Source: Sedimentisphaera cyanobacteriorum
Lineage (GTDB): Bacteria; Planctomycetota; Phycisphaerae; Sedimentisphaerales; Sedimentisphaeraceae
DNA: 32,000 nucleotides
Assembly: GCF_001997385.1 (NCBI RefSeq)
Contig: NZ_CP019633.1
Span: 360,001 to 392,000 of the forward strand
Reading direction: 5' to 3'
A program made the position numbers and the translations under genes. The notes under the pieces are model-generated. The model was not told where the DNA came from. It searched no databases and worked only from the letters and a program-made list of their open reading frames with translations. The stretch's first letter is position 1, and each line of letters opens with the position of its first letter. Below, in pieces: positions 1 through 9,300 of this stretch.

Positions 1-839
1 TCGCTTATTTCGAAGTCCATAGCCTCGAGAGCTGCATACTGGAACGGGGTTGGAGCGCATACAAATGTGTACTGCTGGAACTTGGTCATCTCATTGAGCA
101 GACCTTTTAGCTTATCCTGCACCGATACATAAGCCATTCGCCAGCCTGTCATTGCGTAGCTCTTGCTGAATCCGTTCATAAGGATTGTATTTTCCGAGTA
201 GTCTGCTGCGCTTGGGCAGCGGCCTGAATATGAGAACTTATCGTATATCTCATCGCTCATAATCAGGATGTCTCTGCGGTTTGCGATTTCAGAGACCGCC
301 TTAACGCATTCCTCGCTGTAAACTGCTCCTGTTGGGTTGGAGGGCGAATTGAGGATGATTATTTTCGTGCGGTCGGTGATTTTTTCTTCAAGCTTTTCGG
401 GGTCTATCTGAAAATCAGGGTAGGTGTCGAGGTAAATGCAGCTCCCGCCCAGAACGTTTATAATATGCTTGTAGATAACGAAATACGGGTCAGGCACTAT
501 AACCTCATCGCCCGGGTCTATAGTGGCGAGGAAGGTGAGCAGAAGAGCCCCGCTTACTCCGCTTGCAACGAGCGTGTCCGCCTTATCCCAGCCGTACTTA
601 CTGCAAACCTCTGTGCTGATCTTTTCGCGAAGTTCAGGTATGCCTGCTGTAAGCGAATATCTGTTCTTGCCCTGATCGATTGCGTCTGCAGCGGCCTTTT
701 TAATCGGCTGGGGCACATCGAAATCGGGCAGGCCTATAGAGAAGTTTATAGGGTTTTCCAGTTTGGCAGCGAGGTCGAAAACTTTGCGTATCCCGCTGGC
801 ATCTATCAGACTGCTGCGCTGTGATAAAAAATTATTCAT
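1..839 (-). CDS. Class I/II PLP-dependent aminotransferase (AspC-like); C-terminus runs off the window
   Basis: Absent from the ORF track because it is open at position 1. My translation from the ATG at 837-839 (minus): MNNFLSQRSSLIDASGIRKVFDLAAKLENPINFSIGLPDFDVP...ILNSPSNPTGAVY...MNGFSKSYAMTGWRMAYV. The SKS-x3-TGWR block is the PLP-lysine motif of fold-type I aminotransferases. Confidence 0.9.
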   Translation of the reverse strand, partial: MNNFLSQRSSLIDASGIRKVFDLAAKLENPINFSIGLPDFDVPQPIKKAAADAIDQGKNRYSLTAGIPELREKISTEVCSKYGWDKADTLVASGVSGALLLTFLATIDPGDEVIVPDPYFVIYKHIINVLGGSCIYLDTYPDFQIDPEKLEEKITDRTKIIILNSPSNPTGAVYSEECVKAVSEIANRRDILIMSDEIYDKFSYSGRCPSAADYSENTILMNGFSKSYAMTGWRMAYVSVQDKLKGLLNEMTKFQQYTFVCAPTPFQYAALEAMDFEIS

Positions 840-961
840 TTCTTTGCTCCTTAAAATTTGGCGAAAGTTTTATTTGCGCACAGAAAAGCCGCTTTTCCGC
901 TAAACAGAAAAACGGCGCCATTTGCATAAGTAAGTGAAGGCTGGAATAGTTCCTCTGGGCT

Positions 962-1141
962 CTAGCCTTTCTTCTTGCCGGCTACAACTTTTCTGTTTGA
1001 AACTTTAGGAAGTCCTGTAACGAAGTCGCCTTTTTCCAGACGCCCCTCATCAATAAGCCTTTCAACTCTTTCTGCCCTTGAAAGCACATTTCTGTGTCTG
1101 TTGAGAGCATTAGACACCTTTAAAGAACGATCAACTGACAT
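962..1141 (-). CDS. Small basic protein (59 aa; resembles the 'small basic protein' family as I recall it)
   Basis: Below the 60-aa ORF-track cutoff. My translation: MSVDRSLKVSNALNRHRNVLSRAERVERLIDEGRLEKGDFVTGLPKVSNRKVVAGKKKG*. The RHRNVL-x-RAERVE...GLPKV pattern matches my memory of this conserved small family. It sits 23 nt downstream of the preceding gene on the same strand. Confidence 0.6.
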   Translation of the reverse strand: MSVDRSLKVSNALNRHRNVLSRAERVERLIDEGRLEKGDFVTGLPKVSNRKVVAGKKKG

Positions 1142-1164
1142 TTTCTTATCCTTTTATAAACGTT

Positions 1165-1863
1165 TTAATTCATTTTCCTGCCGTAAGCATCCTGAAAAGG
1201 CGTTGAGCTGAATCTCTCATAGCCTTTTGGAGCGTTATACCCCAAGCCTATTTCTTTTATCTGCTCAAGGTACTGCCGGCCTCGGCTTCCTTCTGAAAAC
1301 CTCTCGAATTTTCTTGCTGTAACGAGAAAATAACGAGAGCCGATTTCAACTATTTTAAGCTGAATCCCGTTGGCTTCGTAATACTTCATTACCGGCTGGA
1401 GGTCTCGCCTGCTTCCGTACGAAGCCACTACAATCCTGTTTGAACCTTCCTGAGAAACCTCTTTCTCAGCTGGTTTTTCAGAACCGGACGGAGAATTATA
1501 CGAATTTTCCTGCTCCTTGTCCAGCAGAGATTCAGAATTTGATTCATTTTTTGTGCTGGTCGGGCTTTCTTTTTGCCCTTCCGCTTGGTAAGTTTCCCCG
1601 GCAGGCTGTTCGGTCTGCCCGGAAGACTTCATATCTATCAGAGAAAATGCAATAAATGCAGAAAGAAATACAACCGCTATCAGCCCTGTGAGATAGAGAA
1701 AGAGCTTTTTATTAGACCTTTCCCCGCTGCTTTGGCTCGTTTGTTTGCCGATGTCTATAGGCTTGCCGGTTTTTATATTAGCCGGCTTGCCCTCGTTCAT
1801 CAGCGAGCCCATACTCCCGCCGAGGGATTCATAAAGCGGTTTTTTATTCCTGTTGGAGGCCAT
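1165..1863 (-). CDS. Membrane-anchored protein with low-complexity linker and possible SPOR-like C-terminal domain
   Basis: 232-aa ORF. One TM helix (LFLYLTGLIAVVFLSAFIAFSLI), then an S/E/Q-rich linker. The C-terminal ~85 aa (NRIVVASYGSRRDLQPVMKYYEANGIQLKIVEIGSRYFLVTARKF...) resembles the beta-alpha-beta pattern of SPOR domains. The domain call is tentative. Confidence 0.55.
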   Translation of the reverse strand: MASNRNKKPLYESLGGSMGSLMNEGKPANIKTGKPIDIGKQTSQSSGERSNKKLFLYLTGLIAVVFLSAFIAFSLIDMKSSGQTEQPAGETYQAEGQKESPTSTKNESNSESLLDKEQENSYNSPSGSEKPAEKEVSQEGSNRIVVASYGSRRDLQPVMKYYEANGIQLKIVEIGSRYFLVTARKFERFSEGSRGRQYLEQIKEIGLGYNAPKGYERFSSTPFQDAYGRKMN

Positions 1864-1867
1864 TTTC

Positions 1868-2404
1868 TCAGCTTAAATCATAAGTATTAAATGAGGCTCT
1901 TTCGTTTATCCCCAGTTTTTCAGGGCCTTCGGGAGTCTTTGCAGGGTATCCTATAGGAAGGATCACTCTTGCAATTTTGTTCTTCGGAACGCCCAGAATC
2001 TCGCAAACCTTCTCATTCCTTCCCTCTACTCTCAGCCAGCCGTCGATCCATACTGTTGCAAGACCGAAAGATGATACCGCAAGAAGCATATTCTCCACTG
2101 CTGCTGCACAGTCTTCCACCTGAAAATTCATATCTTTGAGAATAGGCTCAGGCTCTCTGTCTATCAGGCACACAATGTAAGCGGAAGCTGTATGAAAGGC
2201 CTTGCGCCCGCCGGAAATCGAGGCTATTTCTTTAACCTTTTCTTCATCATCTACAACTACAAACTGCGTAGTCTGTTCGTTTTTACCGGAAGGGGCTAGT
2301 ATGCCGGCCTCTACAATCTTTTCCAGCATATACCTGCTTACCTTCTCGTCGGTGAAATCCCCTCTGTAGCTGTGTCTTTTTTTGAAAGCTTCAAAAAGAT
2401 CCAT
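1868..2404 (-). CDS. Nitroreductase-family FMN oxidoreductase
   Basis: 178 aa. N-terminal KKRHSYRGDF block and APSGKNEQ motif are typical of the nitroreductase fold. Its stop lies 4 nt before the next start. Confidence 0.85.
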   Translation of the reverse strand: MDLFEAFKKRHSYRGDFTDEKVSRYMLEKIVEAGILAPSGKNEQTTQFVVVDDEEKVKEIASISGGRKAFHTASAYIVCLIDREPEPILKDMNFQVEDCAAAVENMLLAVSSFGLATVWIDGWLRVEGRNEKVCEILGVPKNKIARVILPIGYPAKTPEGPEKLGINERASFNTYDLS

Positions 2405-2429
2405 ATTCTCTCCCTGTTATTAACCAAGA

Positions 2430-3734
2430 TTATTCAAATTTTTTGAGCACCAGAACATCATTCTGCCCCCCAAACCCGAAGGATTCGCTCATGACGCATT
2501 TGAGCTGCTTCTCTCTGGGCTTGTTGGGAACGTAATCCAAATCAAGCTCAGGGTCGGGCTCGCCGTAGTTGGCAGTTTGCGGGATTATACCGTCTCTAAG
2601 TGCCATAACGCAAGTTATCAGCTCTGCTGCTCCTGCTGAGCCGATCAAATGCCCGAGCATACTCTTAACGCTGCTTACAGGTATTTTGTACGCCAGCTCA
2701 CCAAAAACGTTCTTTATTGCCTTTGTTTCGATGCGGTCGTTTTCACCAGTGCTGGTGCCGTGGGCATTGATGTATTGTATCTGTTCTTTACTGGTGTTGG
2801 CATCTTTCAACGCCTGCTCGATTGCCGAAGACCCTCCTCTTGCATCTTCGTGCATATCTGTAACGCGGAAGGCATCGCAGCTGCTTCCGTATCCCGCTAT
2901 CTCTGCGAGTATCTCGGCTCCGCGTGCCTTTGCCGATTCGAGCGTTTCCAAAACGAGCACTGCCGAACCTTCGCCTATTATAAACCCGTCGCGGTTTTTG
3001 GTAAAGGGGCGAGAGGCGGTATGTATATCATCGTTCCTCTCTGAAAGGGCGGTGAGCTTGTTGAACCCGGTTACCCCGAGCGGATGAATCATTGAATGCG
3101 ACCCGCCAGCCAGCATTATATCAGCTCTGCCCCTTCTGAGCATAAGCGAGGCCTCGCCTATCGCCTGAGAGCTCGCCGCACAGGCTGTAAGGCAGCTTCG
3201 AACAGGCCCTCTTGCTCTGGTCATCAGGGATATATGCCCTGCGGGTATGTTAGGCTGCTGCTCAATCTCGCGCGGGGCGAGCATCATCTGATCGGTGATT
3301 TTTGTCCATTTCTGCCAGTCTATTTCCCTGCCGTTCTCGCTTGCAGAGCCTGCTATCGCTGAAAAGAATGTTTCGTGGTCTATCGGGCCTTCTCCTGAGC
3401 CCATATATATCCCGAGCCGGCTTCTGTCTAAGCTGCTGTTATCAGCGGCGTCTTCAATCTCGATCCCCGCCTGACTGCAAGCCTGCGCAGCTGCTGCAAG
3501 CGCAAATTGCGTTGGATTCAGTGCGTCTTTATGTGAGCGGGTATCGTTGATGTAGTCTTCGAGCCTGAAATCCTTTACTTCCGCTGCGAAAGTGGTGGGG
3601 AAGGTGGAGGCATCGAATCTTGTGATATAGTTGAAGCCGTCTTCGCCGTTCAGGATTGCTTTCCAAACCTTCTCTGCGCCGCAGCCCATAGGCGAAACGA
3701 GCCCGAGTCCTGTGATTACTATTCGCTTTCTCAT
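2430..3734 (-). CDS. Beta-ketoacyl-ACP synthase (FabF/KAS II-like), catalytically complete
   Basis: 434 aa. N-terminal RIVITGLGLVSPMG. Cys-His-His triad present: SCLTACAASSQAIG (Cys), NAHGTSTGENDRIE (His), KSMLGHLIGSAGAAE (His). Confidence 0.92.
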   Translation of the reverse strand: MRKRIVITGLGLVSPMGCGAEKVWKAILNGEDGFNYITRFDASTFPTTFAAEVKDFRLEDYINDTRSHKDALNPTQFALAAAAQACSQAGIEIEDAADNSSLDRSRLGIYMGSGEGPIDHETFFSAIAGSASENGREIDWQKWTKITDQMMLAPREIEQQPNIPAGHISLMTRARGPVRSCLTACAASSQAIGEASLMLRRGRADIMLAGGSHSMIHPLGVTGFNKLTALSERNDDIHTASRPFTKNRDGFIIGEGSAVLVLETLESAKARGAEILAEIAGYGSSCDAFRVTDMHEDARGGSSAIEQALKDANTSKEQIQYINAHGTSTGENDRIETKAIKNVFGELAYKIPVSSVKSMLGHLIGSAGAAELITCVMALRDGIIPQTANYGEPDPELDLDYVPNKPREKQLKCVMSESFGFGGQNDVLVLKKFE

Positions 3735-3735
3735 A

Positions 3736-5043
3736 TTATTCGCCGCTCCTTTTCAAAACAGCTGCTGCAGTCTGGCCGCCCGGGGTGAAGCCGCAGCAAA
3801 CGCAATAGCGGATTTCTTTCTCCTGAGTGTCTGCCGGGGCATTGATTCCCTCGGGCATTTGCTCTGCAAGCTCACCGATGCCCGGAACAACCCCCTCGCT
3901 CACAGCCTTTGCCCCTAGCACAAGATCCGCACCGGAGGCCGCATTGCCCATCAGCCCGAAATACTTCTTCCACGGGCAAACAGGTATATCCGCAAGCGAG
4001 CCTTCAAACACTGCCCTAAGGGCATTCAGCTCGGCGGAGTCGTTTTCCTTAATCCCGCCCGCAGAGGGGACTATAAGGTCTATATCTTTTGGTGCAATTC
4101 CGGCCATCTCAATAGCGTTTTTGATTGCAGCTGCAAGGCCTTCTCCGCTTTGTTCCAACGCAGCGTAATTCTCGCTGAGGCTCGTGCTTTCGCCGAAGCC
4201 TGCAAGCTCTGCATAAGCTTTCGCCCCGCGTCTGTCTGCTCCTGCCTTCGTTTCGAGCACAGCCATTGCAGCCCCTTCCGAGAGCACTGTCCCGCAGGCG
4301 TCTTCGCTCAGCGGGCGAACCGCTGAGGCGGGGCGGTCGTTGTCTTGCGTATTCAGCCTGCCCAGCTTGAAAGCGCGCATCAGCGTTATCGGGTGCACGG
4401 ATGCCTCGCCGCTGCCGGCTATCCCGTAATCTGCAAAGCCCGATTCAATCGTTTCCGCTGTCTCTATTACAGACTGAAGCCCTGAGCATTCGCCTGTTGT
4501 GATATTGTTGCCCGGGCCTTGGATATCGTGGATGATTCCAATATGGCAGGCAAGCATATTCGGCAGGTATTTCAGCAGCCAGAGCGGCGTGAGCTCTGCC
4601 ATACCTTCCCTGCCCCATTTCTGCATATCAAATTCCCCGTCTTCAAGGCTCGCTGCCACAGAGGCAGCTATCTCGGGTATATCGCAGTTTATAAGCCCCG
4701 CACCAACGCCGATTGCTGTGCGTTTGGGCTCTATTAAAGGCTCCGCTTCAATGCATTTGGTGCCCAGCCCGCTCGTGCGGAAGGCATCATCCGCCGCCAC
4801 AACCGCAAGCTGGATATCCCTGCTCATAAGCTTTGCGGCCTTGCGGTGGTATTTGGGCAGGTAGCTTCTCATCTTAAACTGCTCCGCCTCGCCGGCTATC
4901 CGGCACTGCATCCGGGCTGCATCAAAACATTCAATCTCTGAGAGCCCGCATTCCCCTGCGATAAGCTTTTCCCAGCTCGCCTCGAGGCTCAGCCCCAGAG
5001 GCCCGATAAGCCCGAGCCCTGTTAAAACGATCCTTTGTTCCAT
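3736..5043 (-). CDS. KS-like protein lacking both catalytic histidines (non-decarboxylating KS partner)
   Basis: KS fold (RIVLTGLGLIGPLG at the N-terminus). NITTGECSGLQ keeps the Cys position. The AHGT block reads PSAGGIKEND and the K-x3-GH block reads KKYFGLMGNAASG. I prefer the ATG at 5041-5043 (MEQRIVL...), 1 nt after the upstream stop, over the track start at 5073, which overlaps the dehydratase gene by 29 nt. Confidence 0.8.
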   Translation of the reverse strand: MEQRIVLTGLGLIGPLGLSLEASWEKLIAGECGLSEIECFDAARMQCRIAGEAEQFKMRSYLPKYHRKAAKLMSRDIQLAVVAADDAFRTSGLGTKCIEAEPLIEPKRTAIGVGAGLINCDIPEIAASVAASLEDGEFDMQKWGREGMAELTPLWLLKYLPNMLACHIGIIHDIQGPGNNITTGECSGLQSVIETAETIESGFADYGIAGSGEASVHPITLMRAFKLGRLNTQDNDRPASAVRPLSEDACGTVLSEGAAMAVLETKAGADRRGAKAYAELAGFGESTSLSENYAALEQSGEGLAAAIKNAIEMAGIAPKDIDLIVPSAGGIKENDSAELNALRAVFEGSLADIPVCPWKKYFGLMGNAASGADLVLGAKAVSEGVVPGIGELAEQMPEGINAPADTQEKEIRYCVCCGFTPGGQTAAAVLKRSGE

Positions 5044-5044
5044 A

Positions 5045-5530
5045 TCAGCTCTGCTCCAGTTTAACTCTGGCATGATAGTCTCTCATCAGCCATTCGAACA
5101 TCTCTGTAAACACGAAGTTTTCCTCGGGGAAACGCTTGCTTGATATGTTGTTGTCCAGATGGCTGAACATCAGATTGATCTCGGCAAGCAGATTGCCTTG
5201 CTTATACACCTTACCTGCTGCGCTTGCAGCTTCCGGCGCGAATGATACAAGCTCTGCGTGGTGTTCGATTGTCTCGCCCGGGCGGGCGTAATCGTAGAAT
5301 TCCGCCTTGTTCACCTTAGCAAGGATCACCTTCTCTTTGAAGCCGCCGTGCTCGCCTACAAGCAGTCCTGCTGTCTGAGCCATCCCCTCTATCATCAGGC
5401 ATTCCGGCATCACCGGATAACCTTGGAAGTGGTCGTGCAGATGTTCCTCTGCGAGCGAAATATTTTTCACCGCTACGGCATTTTTGCCGCTGTTGAACTC
5501 TTTGAATTTGTCTATCCAAATCCACCGCAT
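5045..5530 (-). CDS. FabA/FabZ-like hot-dog 3-hydroxyacyl-ACP dehydratase
   Basis: 161 aa. HDHFQGYPVMPECLMIEGMAQTAG matches the HF-x3-PVMPG-x-L-x-IE-x2-AQ active-site block (His and Glu present). The N-terminus MRWIWIDKFKEF resembles the polyene/APE-type DH subgroup rather than housekeeping FabZ. Confidence 0.85.
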   Translation of the reverse strand: MRWIWIDKFKEFNSGKNAVAVKNISLAEEHLHDHFQGYPVMPECLMIEGMAQTAGLLVGEHGGFKEKVILAKVNKAEFYDYARPGETIEHHAELVSFAPEAASAAGKVYKQGNLLAEINLMFSHLDNNISSKRFPEENFVFTEMFEWLMRDYHARVKLEQS

Positions 5531-5679
5531 ATCATATACCTGTCTAATTATATTTTTTCTATGCGAACCGAAGGCATACTGCCCACGTTTACAGACCCGT
5601 AATTGTAGCTAATGGATAAGATTATTCAACAGTCAGCTGTGGGGAGAGAAATGTACGCGATATTATTTTTTTGCAAAGC

Positions 5680-6203
5680 TTTTTTCAGCCACTAATCTAC
5701 ACTAATTTTTCACTGATTATTTAAGATAAGTTCTTTTGATGGAAAAATAGCAAACATTTTGTGTTTTGTTTTACCACGAAACACACGAAGCACACGAAAC
5801 ACACGAAGGGGATATGGTTTCAATTGATTTTTTTATCCACAGATGGCACGGATGGCACAGATGAAAAATAGGGGACAGTTACCTATTTTATAAAAGAATC
5901 CCTAGCGGGTCCGCCACGGCGAACTCCGCTGTAGTACGTTTACGGACAGAGCCAGCGGTTCGCTGCTTAATAATGCAGCGTCGTACAGCGGAGGAGCGCA
6001 AGCTCCCCGCCAAGAGAGCGAAACGTGAAGAGCCGGCGATAAGCGAAAAGAATGATAGCGGGCGACTTGCGTCGCACCGCTGTAGTACGGGGAATGTTAA
6101 ACATCGCAGATAATTTTATGAATGTAAAGCTCTGCTGTAAAACAATATACAAAAAATTCTTCGTGCCCTTCGTAGTTTAAATCCAATCCCCCGCCAAAAA
6201 AAG
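5680..6203. repeat. Mosaic intergenic repeat locus R1 (modules M5-inverted fragment, M2, M1, M3)
   Basis: Shares long near-identical blocks with 9609-9865, 21597-22076 and 29671-29957. Examples: agccagcggttcgctgcttaataatgcagcgtcgtacagcgg, cctagcgggtccgccacggcgaactccgctgtagtacg, ggggatatggttt...tatccacagatggcacgga, ttttatgaatgtaaagc...cttcgtgcccttcg. Also contains a cacacgaaR 9-mer stutter at 5774-5815. Confidence 0.9.
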
Positions 6204-6340
6204 TTTGATTTTTTAATTTTAACTTGAATTAAGGCAGAATACTTGATACCATCCGAGATATACGATTTTACGTAAAAGTACTTAGCTTTTTTGCGAGTCT
6301 TTTGTTATAATTGCTGTCTAAGTTGGAAATCGGATATTTG

Positions 6341-9300
6341 ATGAATGATTGCGTGCAAGATAAAAGTTGTTCAGCCTACCAAAGCTGTTTCGTGTTTTTA
6401 ATTGTCCTTTTATTTCTTTGCCCGCTTGGTTTTTCAAATTCAGAAAATGCCGGCAGCTATCAGATCCCGAAATCAAACGTATTGATGCTCAATTCATATC
6501 ATAAGGGCAATTTATGGGAAGACCGCATCACTGAGGCAGTAGAAAATGAATTTATAGAATATCCGCAGATAAACCTTCACGTGGAATACCTCGATTCCAA
6601 ACGGCACCCGCTTCCACAAATAGAAGAGGCTTTCACCGCTCTTTTGGAGGAAAAATACAGCAAAGAAAGGCTTCATTTAGTAATAGCATCAGATAATGAT
6701 GCACTTGAATTCACCGTCCGCCACAGAAATGAGCTCTTCCCGCAAACCCCGATAGTTTTCTGCGGAATCAATGATTACTCCGAGGATATGCTGGACAATC
6801 CGGAGTGGTACACGGGCGTGGACGATATAAACGACCCGCTCGGTACAATCAAGCTGATAAAAAAGCTCAATCCGCAGCTCAAAAGCGTTACAGTAGTAGG
6901 GGATAATACGAACACCGGCATTGGAGCGGTGAACAATGTTCATAAAGCCCTCAACGGCAAGGTAAGAGACATCGAAATAAGATACCTCACAGGGCTTACA
7001 ATGGAAGGATTCTTGAAAGAGCTCTCCGCCCTGAACCCCGAAACAGATGCAGCGCTTCTTACCCTTGTAAACCGCACGCCGGACGGAAAATTCTACACAT
7101 ACAAAGAATCTGCCGACATTCTCTCAGAAGCCTGCCCTGCCCCGATTTTCTGCATGAACAAGGTGAATATCGGTTCGGGCGTTGTCGGCGGGAAGGTGGG
7201 CAGCGGCTCAGGCGAGGGCAAGCTTGCAGGCGAGCTGGCCTTGAAGATTCTCTCCGGGAAACCGCCTTCAGAGATTCCCGTTGTGCGGGAAAGCGAAGAG
7301 GTGATATTGGACTACAATGCCCTTGAGAGATTCGGCTTTGAAGATTCTCCAGCAATCCAAAATTATGAAATAATAAACAAACCTTACAACTGGGCTGAAA
7401 GGCATAAGGGCAAGATAATCCTTGCGATTGGGATTATAGCTGTTGAAGCGGTTCTCATTTTTATCCTTATTTTCAAACTTCTGCAGAGAGAAAAAGCCCG
7501 AGGCAAACAGGCCAGATACGACCAGCTCAAAACCATAATGGACGGCCTCCCTGATATGGTTGCTTTGCTCAAGCCTGACAGAACTATCGTATACTGCAAC
7601 AAAGCTGCGCAGAAAATAATCGGGCGCAAACCCGAGGAGACGACAGGTCAGAAATGCTTCACCCTGTTTGGCAGGGACGAACCGTGCGAGCAGTGCGGAT
7701 TCAGCAAAGCTATTGAAATAAAGAAACCCTTTTCGGCAGTACGTTATATTGAACAATTGGATATATGGGTTTCCGAGGTAAGCGTGCCAATCTTTAATGA
7801 CGAAGGAGAAATAGAAAAGATCCTGCAAAGGCTTGAGGATATAACCGAGCTCAAAGAATACCAAAAGCAGATTGAGCTGAACAATGAAAGATACTATCAG
7901 CTCTCAATGCACAGCAAAACCTTCGCTTGGGAGATTGATCCTGAAGGTCTATACACTTATGTAAGCGATATATCGAAAGAAGTTATCGGATATGCACCGG
8001 AGGAATTGGCAGGTAAACAGCATTTTTACGATCTCTGGCCTGAAGATGAAAAAGAAAGGCTTATGCCAAGTGCGTTTGATATTATAAGAAACAGGAAAAA
8101 ATTCTTGAATTTCCACGATAAAGTTATAACCAAAAACGGACAAGAGATTTGGGTTTCAACAAGCGGCTTTCCCGTTGTTTCCGATTCCGGCGAGCTTTTG
8201 GGATACAGGGGTACGGACAAGGATATCACAGAACACGTAAAATCCAGGCTCGCTCTGAAGCAGCAGACTTACCTGCTAAAAGCCGCAGAGACATCAACAG
8301 CCTTGCTGCTTGAAGAGAACGATCTGGATAAGGCAGTTCCCAGGGCTCTTGAGATAGTAGGCAAGGCGGCCGATCAGGACAGAGCGTACATATTCCAATG
8401 CCATAAAGACCCTGAGAGCGGGAAAATGCTTGCAAGCCAGCATTATGAATGGGCTAAAACAGAAATCGGTTCTCAGCTTAACAGCCAAATCCTGCAGAAT
8501 TTTCGTTTCGAAGAGAGATTCCCCAGATGGTACGAAAATTTAACCGAAGGGGAAATTATTGCCGGAAACGTGAAGGATTTTCCGGAGAGTGAGAAGGAAG
8601 TGCTTCGCCCGCAGAAAATAATTTCAATGATCGCAGTTCCCATAAAGATTGAAAATGAATTTTGGGGGTTTGTAGGATTCGACAACTGCCGTTTTGAGCA
8701 GGAGTGGAGCGAGGCGGAACGGGCTATACTCTCATCTTTGGAGGGTTCTTTCGGGGCAGCGGTAAACAGGACAAAGATGGAGGAAAGGCTCAAAGAGTCC
8801 TTAAAACACTCCGGAAAACTCAACCAAGTTTTGGAGAATCAGGTGCAAAGCGCAAACCGGCTTACTGCTGCCGCTGAGGCCGCAAATAGAGCCAAAGCCC
8901 ATTTCCTTTCTGCTATGAGCCACGAGCTGCGAACTCCGCTGAATGCGATTATAGGTATGTCTCAGGTAATCGATGACGACCAGCTCGACGACAAAAAACG
9001 CGAGGGCGTGCAGCTTATTCTCAAATCCGGACGAAAGCTTGCTAAACTTATTAATGACATCCTCGAATACTCAAAGGCAGAGGCAAAGGGGCTTGAGGTT
9101 CAGGAAGATGAATTCAGCATTCGGGAATTTATGGATGAGATCTCTGCGATTATATCCGAGAAAGCCGAAGAAAAACAAATCGAATTTGAGATGGCAATAG
9201 ATGATCAGCTCCCTGAGAAAATGCTCGGAGATACCCAGCTGTTAAGGCAGGTGCTGTCAAATCTGGCAGGGAATGCAGTGAAATTTACCCATGAGGGAGG

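Noticed and set aside
5967-6152. Small ORFs lying inside the repeat loci (5967-6152 minus, 21600-21809 minus, 29576-29770 plus, 21429-21626 plus)
   Set aside because: They are generated by the repeat sequence itself. The different copies do not preserve a common reading frame or start, and the sequences are dominated by hairpin arms.
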